Assembly (NCBI GenBank): GCA_024233215.1
Contig: JACKPW010000015.1
Span: 84,253 to 148,252 of the forward strand
Length of the DNA stretch: 64,000 bases
Direction of reading: 5' to 3'
From: Verrucomicrobiales bacterium
GTDB lineage: Bacteria > Verrucomicrobiota > Verrucomicrobiia > Limisphaerales > J093
Position numbers and translations under genes: made by a program. Below, in pieces: positions 20,766-31,380 of the stretch (position 1 is the first letter of the stretch; each line of letters starts with the position of its first letter). The notes below the pieces were generated by a model. It ran no database searches. It saw only the letters and a program-made list of their open reading frames with translations, and was not told the origin of the DNA.

Positions 20766-23700
20766 TCAGTGAATGGACGGGGTGACCACCCGGTAGTACC
20801 GGGCTCCTTCCGTCGGTGGCGCTTCATCCACGATCTCCGCGGTGCCGTCGAAGCGTCCGGGCAGGAAGTCAGACAGTTTCGACCACCCATTCACACCGAG
20901 GTCGTCCGAGAACAACACCGTGTACTCCCGGCCGGCGATGGCGGGGAAGGTCAGCCGCAATCCGCCGGACGCTTCGGTGAAGCCGGCGATGGTGATGGCC
21001 AGGGTGCTGGCCGGATCCCGGGGATCGGTGCCCGCCTCGTATTCCTCGCGATTGCTCAAGCCGTCGTCGTCGTAGTCCAATCCGGCATCCGCCGGGTCGA
21101 ACGCGTCCATGCCGTGGGCCTGTTCCCAGTCGTTCGGGATGCCGTCGTTGTCGGAGTCGGCCTCGCCGCCGGGTTGAAAGACGCCGGGCGAAGGGTCTTC
21201 CGCGAGCCAGGCCAGCGGGTCGTTGCCGACGCGGTCCAGGGTCTGTCGCGCCAGGCTCTTGCCAAGGCCGTCCGCCTCCGCGGGCCAGGGCGTGGCATCG
21301 GCGAAGATGACCTCGTCGAGGGGAACCCAGGAGAGGACTTCTCCGGGGGTGTCGGAGGCCTGGGGTTGTTCCAATGTCAGTCGTCCGGTGCGGTTCGACA
21401 GCCGCCCGCCGTAGGGGCCGAGCAGGAGCGGAGAGGCGCTTTCGAGACCGTAGGCGGCGAGGAAGGCGTCACGGGCGGGGAGGTCGGCGGGATCGAAGTT
21501 CACCAGCAGGGCCACGGCTTGGGCGCCGAGGGTGAAGTCGGCCGGGAATGCGAACGAAACATCGCCACTGACACGCCAGGTGCCGTTGGTGTTCCAGAAG
21601 TCGGTGGCCTCGGTGGCGCCGGTGATTTCGAGGTATTCGAGCGCGGGATCTTCCTCCGGCGGCGTGCCGGTTTCCAGCGGGTGATACATGACCTCGGTGA
21701 AGCGCGGGGCATCGGGAAGGGCGGCATTGGCCGCATCGCGGGTACGGGGGGTCAGCGGCGCCCACCAGTGGCCGTAGGGAGGAACGCGGCCGAAGGACCA
21801 GCCGTTGGCTTCGGCGGGGAATTCGACGGCGTCCACCACGCGGTCCGTGCCGTCTCCGGGGAGGACGGAGAGGAACACCCGTTCACCATCCTTGCTCAAG
21901 CCGAAGCCCTGGTTCGTGGGGTTGTGGAAGCCGGTTACCTCATCGAACGAGATCAAGCCGAACGGCGGAAAGGACGTGCCCGCCGGGATCATCCATTTCC
22001 GAAGATCGGAGGGGCTGTCGCTGAGGAACCAGTTGGGGCCGAGGGTGATCGGATTGATGCTCGGATTGAGGAGTTCGATCCAATCGTTGGAATCGAGTTC
22101 ACTCAGGTAGTCCGTGTGGGCGGCGATCTCGTTGAGCAACAGGAGTGGTTGGGGTTCGGCGTAGAGCCATCCGGGCGATCCGCCGATGAAGTCGCTGGCC
22201 CGCCAGTTGCCGCCGTAGTCGAGCGCCCCTTCCGGAGCGGCCTCGTCCGTGCCCACGCGAGGCACGAGCGAATGTCCCGCGCCGTCGGCGGCAACCGGCC
22301 AGCCCCGGCCGTCGTTGTAGGCGAAAGAGAAGATGACGTCCCCGTCGGGGGCGGTCCGCAGGGTGACAGTTTCCCCGCCATCACTGAAGTTGCCGTCATA
22401 GGGCCCGAACAGCAGAAGCTCCTCCGGTAGGTTGTAGTGGGCCCGGAAGGCGGCGATCTCCGTGGCGCCCGCAGCCTTCACGACCAGAGCGCATTGGCCG
22501 CGCGGGAGCGTGGAACCGGTGGGGAAGGTGAAGTCGATCCCGTCGGTGAAGGCGACGCCGCCGAGGTCCAGCGCCGTGTCCAGGTTGCGGTTGCGGAGTT
22601 CGATGAAGTCGAACGCGCTGCTGTCCGGGGCGTGGTACATCAGCTCCGTGACCGTGAGGTTGTCCAGCAGGGCGGCGGTGTTGTCCGGCGCTCCCGCGAT
22701 GAACTCCAAAGGTGCGGACCAATGGCTGGCACGGCCGGTCTGATCGACATACTGCACGCGGGCGCGGTAGACATGGCCGACCTCGAGCGTGCCGGCGGGA
22801 ACGGTGATGGTGGAGTCCGAAGTGGTGATCGGGCCGCTTTCCCACACCGCCTGGATCTCGTATTTCCACGGCTTGGAGGAGGCCCAACCGGGCTGGTCGG
22901 GCGGGGTGATTTCCCCCACGCGCCACTGGATGACGCCGAAAGGGTTGGTGCCGGCGTAGGGAGTGACCTGGAGTTCGAGGCGATTGACCGGGAAACCCGC
23001 CGCGCCCGCGTAGCTCAGGGTGGGGGTCGACGGAATCGCCGGATCGTTGGCAATCGTGTCCAGCGGCGCGGCCTGGGCGGAGGGGTTTGAGGCGCGGAAA
23101 CTCACATAGTCCTTCATCAACTGGACGCAGCCGGCGAAGTCCTTGGTGGCCCACGGTTCACGCGGCCACTGGTAGAAGCGACCCTGGCCGGCCTTGTTCA
23201 GGCTGCTCGAGTAGCGGGAGTCCGTCATCTTGGGGTTGTAGTCCCACTGCGCGCGGTCGGCGTCGAGCAGGGTGGGACCGGTGGCGGGACCCTGGAGCCG
23301 GTCGGCGTATTCGTCGATGAGCCGCCAGGCTTCGTCCTCGTTCCACAGCAGGTCACGGACTTCGCGCACCCGGTTGCGGTAGGCGATGGCGATGTTGGGA
23401 TAGGTCGAGGGCCGGTCGAGCAGGCGGCTCTTGATGTTGTCCACCCCGCCGCAGCCCGAGCTGTACATGTTCTCGGCCCACGTGAGATCCAGGTCCCAGG
23501 GAGTGACCGTGACCCGACCGTCAAGCGGGTTGAAGTAGTAGAAGTAGTTCTTGTTGAAACAGATGTCGTAGTGGTGGATGCCTTGGACAATCGCTTGGTA
23601 ACTCAGGTAGGCCGGCACGTTGAGGTTCGCAGACCACCAGGTCTCGGTGGGGCCGTTGTAGTCGTTCAGGAAGGTGTTGAGGTCGGACTTGTTGGTCGGA

Positions 23701-25901
23701 CCGGCGGGACCCAGGTTGTTCAATTCACCGCTGCCCCCTTCCATCTTGTAGAAGTTGCCGTCCGGCAGACCGTGCTCGTCAAGGAACCGGCCGTTCGGTT
23801 GTTCTGTCGAGAGATAGACGCCCCAGAAATCCCCCTCGTACTGGTCGCCCGGGACGGTTTCGTCAGCCGTGTCAACCACCCGAAACTGCACGAACGTCGT
23901 ACGCACCGCAGGCACCCCCACCAGATCGAAGAACCGGAATCCGAGGGACTCGAACATGCCCTGCTCGCCGCGGTGATCATAGTCTCCCTGCTGGATCGAG
24001 GCGCCGAGGTTCAGCTTGGTCCATTGGGTGTCGAACTTGCGGCCCCAGTTGTCGCGGGCCTGGAAATCGTGGCCCCGGTTGAAGTCGAACTTCCACATGT
24101 TCTTTGTCATGGCGTAGCGCCAGACACCGCCCCGGGCGCGGTAGTGGATGTGATCATACACCTCGCCGTCGTAGACCAGCGTCCCAGCCCAGCGGTACAG
24201 GTCCCCTCCGTAGCGACTGAACCAGGTGGCGTCCTCAATCGCGCTTTGCCTGGCCAGCAGATGATAGACCGGCAGCCGGTTCATCTCGTCGATCGGCACG
24301 GTGAATGCCTCGCCCAGGCCGCCCGCGACGCCAGGTCGCACGGCGCCCTGCCAGGCGGGCACCCCGTCGTACACGAACCAGGCAAAATTCGGGACCGGGT
24401 CATCGGACAGAGGCGCGCGCACCTCGAGGCCGGTGGCGTCGGCAGCGGTGATTCGGTAGCGGACCAGGCGCCGATGGTCCTGCACCGCGGCGGGCACCGT
24501 GGCGGAAAACACATCATCGCCGGCCTCGGCGTCGCCGTCCTGCCCGGCATCGTTCATGGCCAGGGTGACCCACTGGGTCTCGTAGGTGGGGTCGGCCAGT
24601 TCGATGTAGTCGCCCGGTTCGACGACTTGGTAGTGCAGTTGCACCGCTCCCATGCCGTCGGGGTCCGTAATCTTGGCGGAGACCACGACCGGTTCACCGG
24701 AATGCGGTTTGCGGGGGGCATGATCCACCTGCCGGATGGCGGGCGGGGTCTGGGTGGCGAAGGCGGCGTTCAACCGGCCGGGCGTGGGGCCGTTGCCGGA
24801 CGGGCCACTGCCACTCACCAGCTCGAAGTCCATGAAGAAGTCGCTGCTGCCGCCCAGGGACGCATTGTGGGCCTGGATGGCGATGACGTTCTCGCCGGCG
24901 CGCAGCCAGGTGGGGTTGCCCAGGTCGAACTCGAAGAACTCGTGGGATTCCCGCGCGCTGCCGGCCGTACCGTCAAAGGGCACTTCCCCGGCCTGGATGT
25001 TGACGTCGAGCAGATGCTGGCCGTTGATCCAGACCTTGAATCCGTCGTCGTACTGCGCCAGGAGGGTCAGGCTGAAGACGCCGGCCGGATCGTTCACGGT
25101 GAAGGTCTTGCGCAGGAACGCGCCGGTGTAGTTTCCCCGCATGTCGTCCAACGGGGTCAGGATGAAGTCCTCGCCGTAACCGAGAGGCAGCACGCCGGTG
25201 GTCCACCCGCCGTCGTCAAAGGTCGGTTCGCGCCAGGCGGTGGTGGGGTCACTGGCCTCGGCCGTGGCCTTCAGATAGCGCCAGGCGGCTCCGCGGGGGA
25301 TCAATGTGTCCTCCGACGGGGAAGCGGCCCCCACCGTTGACGGGCGCCAGTTGCCGCCGAGGTCGTTGTCGAGGGACGGGTTGATCAGTTCGATCGAGTA
25401 GCCGGGCGGCTCTCCCACCGTGGGCCAGGGAAAGCCGAGTTGATAATCCACCTCGTCCACGGCGGTGCCCGAGGCGTCCTGGAGCACCACCCGTTCGCCG
25501 TTGCTGTCGAGCCGTCCGGTCCACGGGCCGAGGGCGTCCGCTCCATACTTTTGCTTCAAGGCCGCCGGATCCTGCGCGACGACCAGGAACCCCCGGCCGG
25601 GGAGTGTGGTGCCCCCCGGAAAAGTGAACTCAACGCCGCTGGTGAACGCCCAACCCGCGAGGTCCAACGCGGTTTCACCGGTGTTGTACAGTTCCACAAA
25701 CTCGACCCGTTCCGTTTTCACGTCGGGATCGTGGTGGATTTCGTTGATGACGACGTCGGCATGAAGCCCCACCGCGGCGCCGCCCAAACACAGGCCCGTT
25801 GCGAACCGGCGAAAACGGTGGGCGGGTTCCGGTTTCACCCGTTGGACCGGCCGTTGTTGCAGAATTGTAACCATGATTGCGTGTTGGCTCCGCGGCGCCA
25901 T
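20766..25901 (-). CDS. Giant secreted protein with four lamin-tail (LTD) domains, a CotH kinase-like domain and C-terminal thrombospondin-type-3-like Asp repeats
   Basis: 1711 aa. LTD-like segments include VVINEIHHDP...VEFVELYNTG, LTVTELMYHAP...FIELRNR, LLLNEIAAHTD...WIELLNPS and RFTEVMYHP...YLEITG. The CotH-like core is HYRARGGVWRYAMTKNMWKFDFNRGH...GDFWGVYLSTEQPNGRFL. The C-terminus carries DSDNDGIPNDWE...DYDDDGLSNREE. An alternative start at 25874 is possible. Confidence 0.85.
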   Translation of the reverse strand: MAPRSQHAIMVTILQQRPVQRVKPEPAHRFRRFATGLCLGGAAVGLHADVVINEIHHDPDVKTERVEFVELYNTGETALDLAGWAFTSGVEFTFPGGTTLPGRGFLVVAQDPAALKQKYGADALGPWTGRLDSNGERVVLQDASGTAVDEVDYQLGFPWPTVGEPPGYSIELINPSLDNDLGGNWRPSTVGAASPSEDTLIPRGAAWRYLKATAEASDPTTAWREPTFDDGGWTTGVLPLGYGEDFILTPLDDMRGNYTGAFLRKTFTVNDPAGVFSLTLLAQYDDGFKVWINGQHLLDVNIQAGEVPFDGTAGSARESHEFFEFDLGNPTWLRAGENVIAIQAHNASLGGSSDFFMDFELVSGSGPSGNGPTPGRLNAAFATQTPPAIRQVDHAPRKPHSGEPVVVSAKITDPDGMGAVQLHYQVVEPGDYIELADPTYETQWVTLAMNDAGQDGDAEAGDDVFSATVPAAVQDHRRLVRYRITAADATGLEVRAPLSDDPVPNFAWFVYDGVPAWQGAVRPGVAGGLGEAFTVPIDEMNRLPVYHLLARQSAIEDATWFSRYGGDLYRWAGTLVYDGEVYDHIHYRARGGVWRYAMTKNMWKFDFNRGHDFQARDNWGRKFDTQWTKLNLGASIQQGDYDHRGEQGMFESLGFRFFDLVGVPAVRTTFVQFRVVDTADETVPGDQYEGDFWGVYLSTEQPNGRFLDEHGLPDGNFYKMEGGSGELNNLGPAGPTNKSDLNTFLNDYNGPTETWWSANLNVPAYLSYQAIVQGIHHYDICFNKNYFYYFNPLDGRVTVTPWDLDLTWAENMYSSGCGGVDNIKSRLLDRPSTYPNIAIAYRNRVREVRDLLWNEDEAWRLIDEYADRLQGPATGPTLLDADRAQWDYNPKMTDSRYSSSLNKAGQGRFYQWPREPWATKDFAGCVQLMKDYVSFRASNPSAQAAPLDTIANDPAIPSTPTLSYAGAAGFPVNRLELQVTPYAGTNPFGVIQWRVGEITPPDQPGWASSKPWKYEIQAVWESGPITTSDSTITVPAGTLEVGHVYRARVQYVDQTGRASHWSAPLEFIAGAPDNTAALLDNLTVTELMYHAPDSSAFDFIELRNRNLDTALDLGGVAFTDGIDFTFPTGSTLPRGQCALVVKAAGATEIAAFRAHYNLPEELLLFGPYDGNFSDGGETVTLRTAPDGDVIFSFAYNDGRGWPVAADGAGHSLVPRVGTDEAAPEGALDYGGNWRASDFIGGSPGWLYAEPQPLLLLNEIAAHTDYLSELDSNDWIELLNPSINPITLGPNWFLSDSPSDLRKWMIPAGTSFPPFGLISFDEVTGFHNPTNQGFGLSKDGERVFLSVLPGDGTDRVVDAVEFPAEANGWSFGRVPPYGHWWAPLTPRTRDAANAALPDAPRFTEVMYHPLETGTPPEEDPALEYLEITGATEATDFWNTNGTWRVSGDVSFAFPADFTLGAQAVALLVNFDPADLPARDAFLAAYGLESASPLLLGPYGGRLSNRTGRLTLEQPQASDTPGEVLSWVPLDEVIFADATPWPAEADGLGKSLARQTLDRVGNDPLAWLAEDPSPGVFQPGGEADSDNDGIPNDWEQAHGMDAFDPADAGLDYDDDGLSNREEYEAGTDPRDPASTLAITIAGFTEASGGLRLTFPAIAGREYTVLFSDDLGVNGWSKLSDFLPGRFDGTAEIVDEAPPTEGARYYRVVTPSIH

Positions 25902-25957
25902 GAGGGCACCAGCAGCAGCGGATGCCAGTGTCCCAGCAAGTCTTGGGCCGAAATCCT

Positions 25958-26060
25958 CGCCTGAAAACCAAAAACCACCTGTGCGGTCGCGAGCACGGCT
26001 GCGGACCTTGGATTTTCGATCTCCCCTTCGTCATCGTAATCCTCATCGTAATCTTTTGGA
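25958..26060 (-). repeat. Short member (G) of the hairpin family with a 12-nt arm period
   Basis: On the minus strand it reads AAAAGATTACGATGAGGATTACGATGACGAAGGGGAG ... CACAGGTGGTTTTTGGTTTTCAGGCG. It shows the same pattern of tandem units followed by GGGGAG as the other copies. The return arm is weak. Confidence 0.4.
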
Positions 26061-26160
26061 CCGCGCCTTTGATCAGCCGGAAGCGCCGTCGCCGCCGGGT
26101 TTTGCCGGCGCACTCCACATGGCGCGGCAATTCCCGGTGGGGCCGGGTTCCCCGGTGGTC

Positions 26161-27014
26161 TCAGCGCTGGTCGCCCAGGGTCAACCGTTCTCCGGCCTGC
26201 AGCACGCGGCAGGGTTGGCCCAAGGCGTCGCAGCGGGTGACGAATTCCTCGGGTGAGGCGGTGTTGAACTCGAACATGTCGAAGTGGCACGGCACCGCCA
26301 GTTCCGCCCCGATGTCCTGGGCCAACCGGGCGGCCTCCCGTCCCCACAGGTTGCCGGCCACGCGGCGTTCGGGCGCGCGACCGTTGATCGGCAACAGGGC
26401 GAGATGAACGCGGTAGGGACGGAGACGGGCCTCGAGCTCAGGGTAAAGCACCGTGTCCCCACTGTGGTAGAGACGCCAGGGGCCGGCTTCCACGACGAAG
26501 CCCACGAAACACTGCAGACCGGCATGGTTGCGCTCGATCCTCTCATGCGCGGCCGGTACGGCGGAGATGCGAAAGCCCCGGACCCGGGCGGTGACCGGTT
26601 CGGCCTCGGGATCGAGATCCACGATGCTGTCATCCTCGAACCCGGAACGTTCCGCCGCCACCGGCAGGTTGGCGCGGGCACACACGAGTCGAAGCCGGGG
26701 ATTCATGCGGGCGAGCGCTCGCAGGGTCTCGGCATCGAGATGGTCCGTGTGGTTGTGGCTCGAGGTCACCACGTCGATGAAGTCCAGGCGCTCGGGGGCG
26801 ATCACCCTTTCGGTCATCCGCACGTGGGGTTTGTCCGTCGCGGCGTACTTGCGGGTGAGGGAATCCGACAGGTAGGGGTCGAGCAGCAGATGGCGGTCCT
26901 GCCACTGGACCAGAAAGCCGCTCTGTCCCAGCCACCAGACATGCAATGCGGCCGGATGGTTGCGGGCTTCCTCCACGTCCGCCAGAAAGGCGTCGTCCTG
27001 CAACCGGGGTTTGA

Positions 27015-27018
<4 letters not shown>
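26161..27018 (-). CDS. MBL-fold metallo-hydrolase (UlaG-like)
   Basis: Start placed at the ATG at 27018 (MIKPRLQDDAF...), giving an ATGA overlap with the upstream gene's stop. It has an HxHxDH-type motif (SSHNHTDHLD). Length is 285 aa. Confidence 0.85.
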
Positions 27019-28070
<1,052 letters not shown>

Positions 28071-28090
28071 GGGACGGGGCGAACGGGGGG

Positions 28091-28903
28091 CTAACCGGCG
28101 TGGGGTTCGGGTTGCGGCTCGGGGTGCTCGTAGAGTCGGGCGAGGCGCCGGGCATGCTCGTCGTAGGCCGCTTCAAACAGCGTTTCCGCCCGGGCGGCCC
28201 CGACCACGGCGCCGGCGGTCAGGACCTTCGGCGGATGACCGGCGGCCGTCAGGCGGGCGGCGATTTCGGCTTTGAGACAGTTGATCAGCATGCAGCCGCC
28301 GACGGTTGACCCGGGAGCCACCGGCGTGGCCAGACCCGGCACCCGGATCATGGCATCGCCCACCGGCGCGCCGGTGTCGAGGACGAGGTCGGCAAAGTCC
28401 TGGAGCTTCCGTCCGTCCGTCCGCCGGGCCGGGCTGGCTTCGGAGTGGGTCCGGCTGATGATGGCGACGACCCGGACTCCCGCCTGCTGGAACGCCTCCG
28501 CCATTTCCACCGGCACGAGGTTGCAGCCGCTGGAGGAGATCACCAGGGCGCTGTCCTCGGGGGACAGCACGTAGTTGCGGAGGATGCGACGGGCCAGGCC
28601 GGAGACGTTTTCCAGGAACATCGCCTGGCGCTGGCCGTTTGCGCCCACGACCAGGTTGTGGAAGCTCAGGGACAGTTCGACGATGGGGTTGAAGCCCGGG
28701 AACGAGCCGTAGCGGGGCCACATCTCCTCGACCAGAATCCGGCTGTGACCGGAGCCAAACAGGTGCACCATGCGACCGGCCAGGATGGTCTGCGCGAAGC
28801 GGTCGGCCGCCTGGGCAATCGCGGGTTGTTGCCGTTCCACGGCGACAACCAGTTCGCGGCAGGCGCTCAGATACTGTAGGGTGGGCCCCATCGGCGGCAG
28901 CAT
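28091..28903 (-). CDS. SIS-domain protein (UPF0309-like sugar-phosphate isomerase/binding fold)
   Basis: 270 aa, with VHLFGSGHSRILVEE ... ALVISSSGCN typical of SIS/UPF0309. It is the first gene of a three-gene minus-strand operon. Confidence 0.8.
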   Translation of the reverse strand: MLPPMGPTLQYLSACRELVVAVERQQPAIAQAADRFAQTILAGRMVHLFGSGHSRILVEEMWPRYGSFPGFNPIVELSLSFHNLVVGANGQRQAMFLENVSGLARRILRNYVLSPEDSALVISSSGCNLVPVEMAEAFQQAGVRVVAIISRTHSEASPARRTDGRKLQDFADLVLDTGAPVGDAMIRVPGLATPVAPGSTVGGCMLINCLKAEIAARLTAAGHPPKVLTAGAVVGAARAETLFEAAYDEHARRLARLYEHPEPQPEPHAG

Positions 28904-29074
28904 ACCGGTGCCCCCCGCAGAAGGGAAGCGCGCCGGTTCCTCCGGGGGGAATATGGCCGGCGGGTGACAGCCAGGCGAAATCCCGGCGACGGCGGCGGGT
29001 CGGACTTGCAGTGGGCGACGAAGCTGGGAGAGTCCGGGTCAACGGCGACAACCGATACACGCAGGCTTGCGAGC

Positions 29075-30175
29075 ATGGCCAGAGTATTCATCAGCATGTC
29101 GGGTGAGGGGCGGGGACACGCCACGCGGGTACGCGCGGTGACCGAGGGATTGCGGGCGGAGCACGAGGTCTGCCTGTTCGCGCCGGGGGATGCGTATGAG
29201 TTGCTCGCGCCCATTTACGCCGGGAGCGACGTGCGGGTGGAACCGATCGCCGGCCTGCGCTTCCACTATCGCGGGAGGCGGGTGGATTACCCCCGCACCG
29301 GGCGTGAGGCCCTGCGTTACCTGCTGACGCTGCCGCGGCTGATCCGGCACCTGGAACAGCGGATCCGCGCCGAGCGCCCGGACCTGGTCATCACGGATTT
29401 TGAGCCTGCGCTGCCGCGGGCCGCCAAACGTGCCGGGACCCGCCTGGTCAGTCTGGATCATCAGCATTTCTTGCTGACCTACGACCTTTCCAGCCTGCCG
29501 CGGCGGCTTCGCTGGCATGCCGCCTACATGGCCGCGGTGGTGCGGCTCTACTGTTCGGGGCAGTCCGAGACCATTGTCTCGTCCTTCTATTTCCCGCCCC
29601 TCCGGCCCGAGGCCCATCATGTGACGCAGGTCGGGGTGCTGTTGCGACCGGAAGTCGTCGCCGCGTCACCGGTGACAGGCGATCACGTGGTGAGTTACTG
29701 GCGTCGCTTCGCCCCGGAAAATGTCCTTCAGGCGTTGCGGGAGTGCGGTCGGGAGGTGCGGCTCTACGGCCTGGGGGAACGGCCGCAGGACGGCAACCTC
29801 GTGTTCCGCCCCATCGGGGCGGATGGCTTTCTGTCCGACCTCGCCGGTTCCGCAGCGCTGGTGTGCACCGCCGGCAACCAGCTCGTGGGCGAGGCGCTTC
29901 ACCTGGGGAAACCGGTGCTCGCCGCCCCGGAGCCGGGCAATTACGAGCAGTACATCAACGCCCACTTCCTCGGGTTGAGCGGTGCCGGGGAATGGACCGA
30001 AATGGCCGCATTGACGGGGGAGAAGTTGCGCGGATTTCTGGGCCGGCTCGACGAACACCGGCAGCGGATTCCGCGGGACCGCATGGACGGGCTGCCGGAA
30101 GCACTCCGCATGTTGCGGCGTCAACTGGCCCGGCACCGCGCTTCGCTCCCAAGCCCCGGCCTCCAACCTGCCTGA
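29075..30175 (+). CDS. GT-B glycosyltransferase (MJ1255/VC2487-like family)
   Basis: Start placed at the ATG at 29075 (MARVFISMSGEGRGHATRVRAV...), the characteristic N-terminal G-rich motif of this family. Length is 366 aa. Confidence 0.75.
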   Translation: MARVFISMSGEGRGHATRVRAVTEGLRAEHEVCLFAPGDAYELLAPIYAGSDVRVEPIAGLRFHYRGRRVDYPRTGREALRYLLTLPRLIRHLEQRIRAERPDLVITDFEPALPRAAKRAGTRLVSLDHQHFLLTYDLSSLPRRLRWHAAYMAAVVRLYCSGQSETIVSSFYFPPLRPEAHHVTQVGVLLRPEVVAASPVTGDHVVSYWRRFAPENVLQALRECGREVRLYGLGERPQDGNLVFRPIGADGFLSDLAGSAALVCTAGNQLVGEALHLGKPVLAAPEPGNYEQYINAHFLGLSGAGEWTEMAALTGEKLRGFLGRLDEHRQRIPRDRMDGLPEALRMLRRQLARHRASLPSPGLQPA

Positions 30176-30183
30176 TCGCCGAC

Positions 30184-31377
30184 ATGAGTGGATTACGCCT
30201 GCTCTCCCTGCCACTGACCGTCCTGCGCAACCGGCAGGGAGGCGTCCCCCGGCCCCGGTTCCTGACCTACATCGTCACGTTCACCTGCAACGCCCGCTGC
30301 GTGATGTGTGACAGCTGGAAGAAGCCTTCCCCCGACGACCTCTCGCTGGAGGAGATCGAGCGCATCTTCCGGCAGCTGCCCCCGCTGGACTTCGTCCGGC
30401 TCTCGGGAGGCGAGCCCTTTGTGCGGTCCGACCTGCCGGAAATCGCCGGTCTGGCGGAACGTCATCTCCGTCCCTTGTGCCTCCACATCACCTCGAACGG
30501 ATTCCTGACGGATCGCATCGTCCGTTTCTGCGAGAACCGTCCGAAGCAGACCCCGTTGCGGTTGTTGATCTCCATCGATGGCATGGCGCCCCAGCACAAC
30601 GCCATCCGCGGTCGGGACACGGCCTGGGATTCCGCCGTGGCGACCCTGCGGGCGCTGTCGGGCCGACGGCGGGAGCTGAACCTCATTCTTAGCGTCAACC
30701 AGACCATCACGGACGCGGCGAGCATGGCAGACTACGCGCGGTTGCGCGACTTCCTCCAACCGCTCGGCATCCGCAACAACGTGGTGATGGCCTACCGCGA
30801 AAGCGCCACCTACAGCGTGGATGCATCGGTCGACACCACGCCCCGGCACCCCGGTGCCTTCCAGCCGTACGGGGTGTTCAGCCCCGGGGAGATCGAGGCC
30901 TTCCTCGGGCAGGTGGAGGCCGACCTTGGGACCGCGGCCTGGGCGGACCGAGCGGCCAAGCGCTACTACCTGCGCGGCATCCGCAACCGTCTCCTGGAAG
31001 GGCGGAGCCACCCGAATCCCCCTTGTGTCGCGCTCCATTCCCACTTGCGTCTGATGCCCAATGGCGACGTGCCCGTGTGCCAGTTCAACTCCCGGAGTGT
31101 GGGCAACCTGCGACGGCAGTCCTTTGCCGAGGTCTGGAAGGGAATCCACGCGGCGTCGCAACGTCGCTGGGTCCGGGCCTGTCCCGGGTGCTGGGCGGAA
31201 TGTGAAATTCTCCCCAGCGCCCTCTACACCGGCGACATCCTGCGCGAGGCCCTCGTCCTCGGGAGCGGCGACTCCCTACCCGTGAGTGTCCCGGGAACGG
31301 TTCGTGCCCCTGCAGGAACCCCGGTGGCTCCAGCGGCTCCGGCAAGGGGGCAGGGCGCATTGACCGGGCGAAGATAA
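30184..31377 (+). CDS. Radical SAM enzyme with a SPASM-like C-terminal Cys cluster
   Basis: Start placed at the ATG at 30184 (MSGLRLLSLPL...), 8 nt after the glycosyltransferase stop. The CxxxCxxC motif is CNARCVMC, followed by SGGEPF. C-terminal cysteines are PVCQF...ACPGCWAEC. The tracked 544-aa ORF is an artefactual 5' extension. Confidence 0.85.
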   Translation: MSGLRLLSLPLTVLRNRQGGVPRPRFLTYIVTFTCNARCVMCDSWKKPSPDDLSLEEIERIFRQLPPLDFVRLSGGEPFVRSDLPEIAGLAERHLRPLCLHITSNGFLTDRIVRFCENRPKQTPLRLLISIDGMAPQHNAIRGRDTAWDSAVATLRALSGRRRELNLILSVNQTITDAASMADYARLRDFLQPLGIRNNVVMAYRESATYSVDASVDTTPRHPGAFQPYGVFSPGEIEAFLGQVEADLGTAAWADRAAKRYYLRGIRNRLLEGRSHPNPPCVALHSHLRLMPNGDVPVCQFNSRSVGNLRRQSFAEVWKGIHAASQRRWVRACPGCWAECEILPSALYTGDILREALVLGSGDSLPVSVPGTVRAPAGTPVAPAAPARGQGALTGRR

Positions 31378-31380
31378 GGC

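Noticed and set aside
20658-25340. 590-aa (20658-22430) and 589-aa (23571-25340) plus-strand ORFs inside the cotH/LTD gene
   Set aside because: They are antisense to a continuous 1711-aa ORF with repeated LTD and CotH motifs. The first also begins inside hairpin element A. Their composition is G/R/V/A-rich without motifs.
29743-30183. 5' extension making the radical SAM gene a 544-aa ORF (similar long extensions occur on the tracked ORFs for mcsA, gcvT, the MBL hydrolase, the polyferredoxin and others)
   Set aside because: The extension overlaps the glycosyltransferase gene in another frame and is R/P/G-rich. An ATG at 30184, 8 nt after the upstream stop, yields a canonical radical SAM N-terminus. 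The other starts were trimmed on the same logic.
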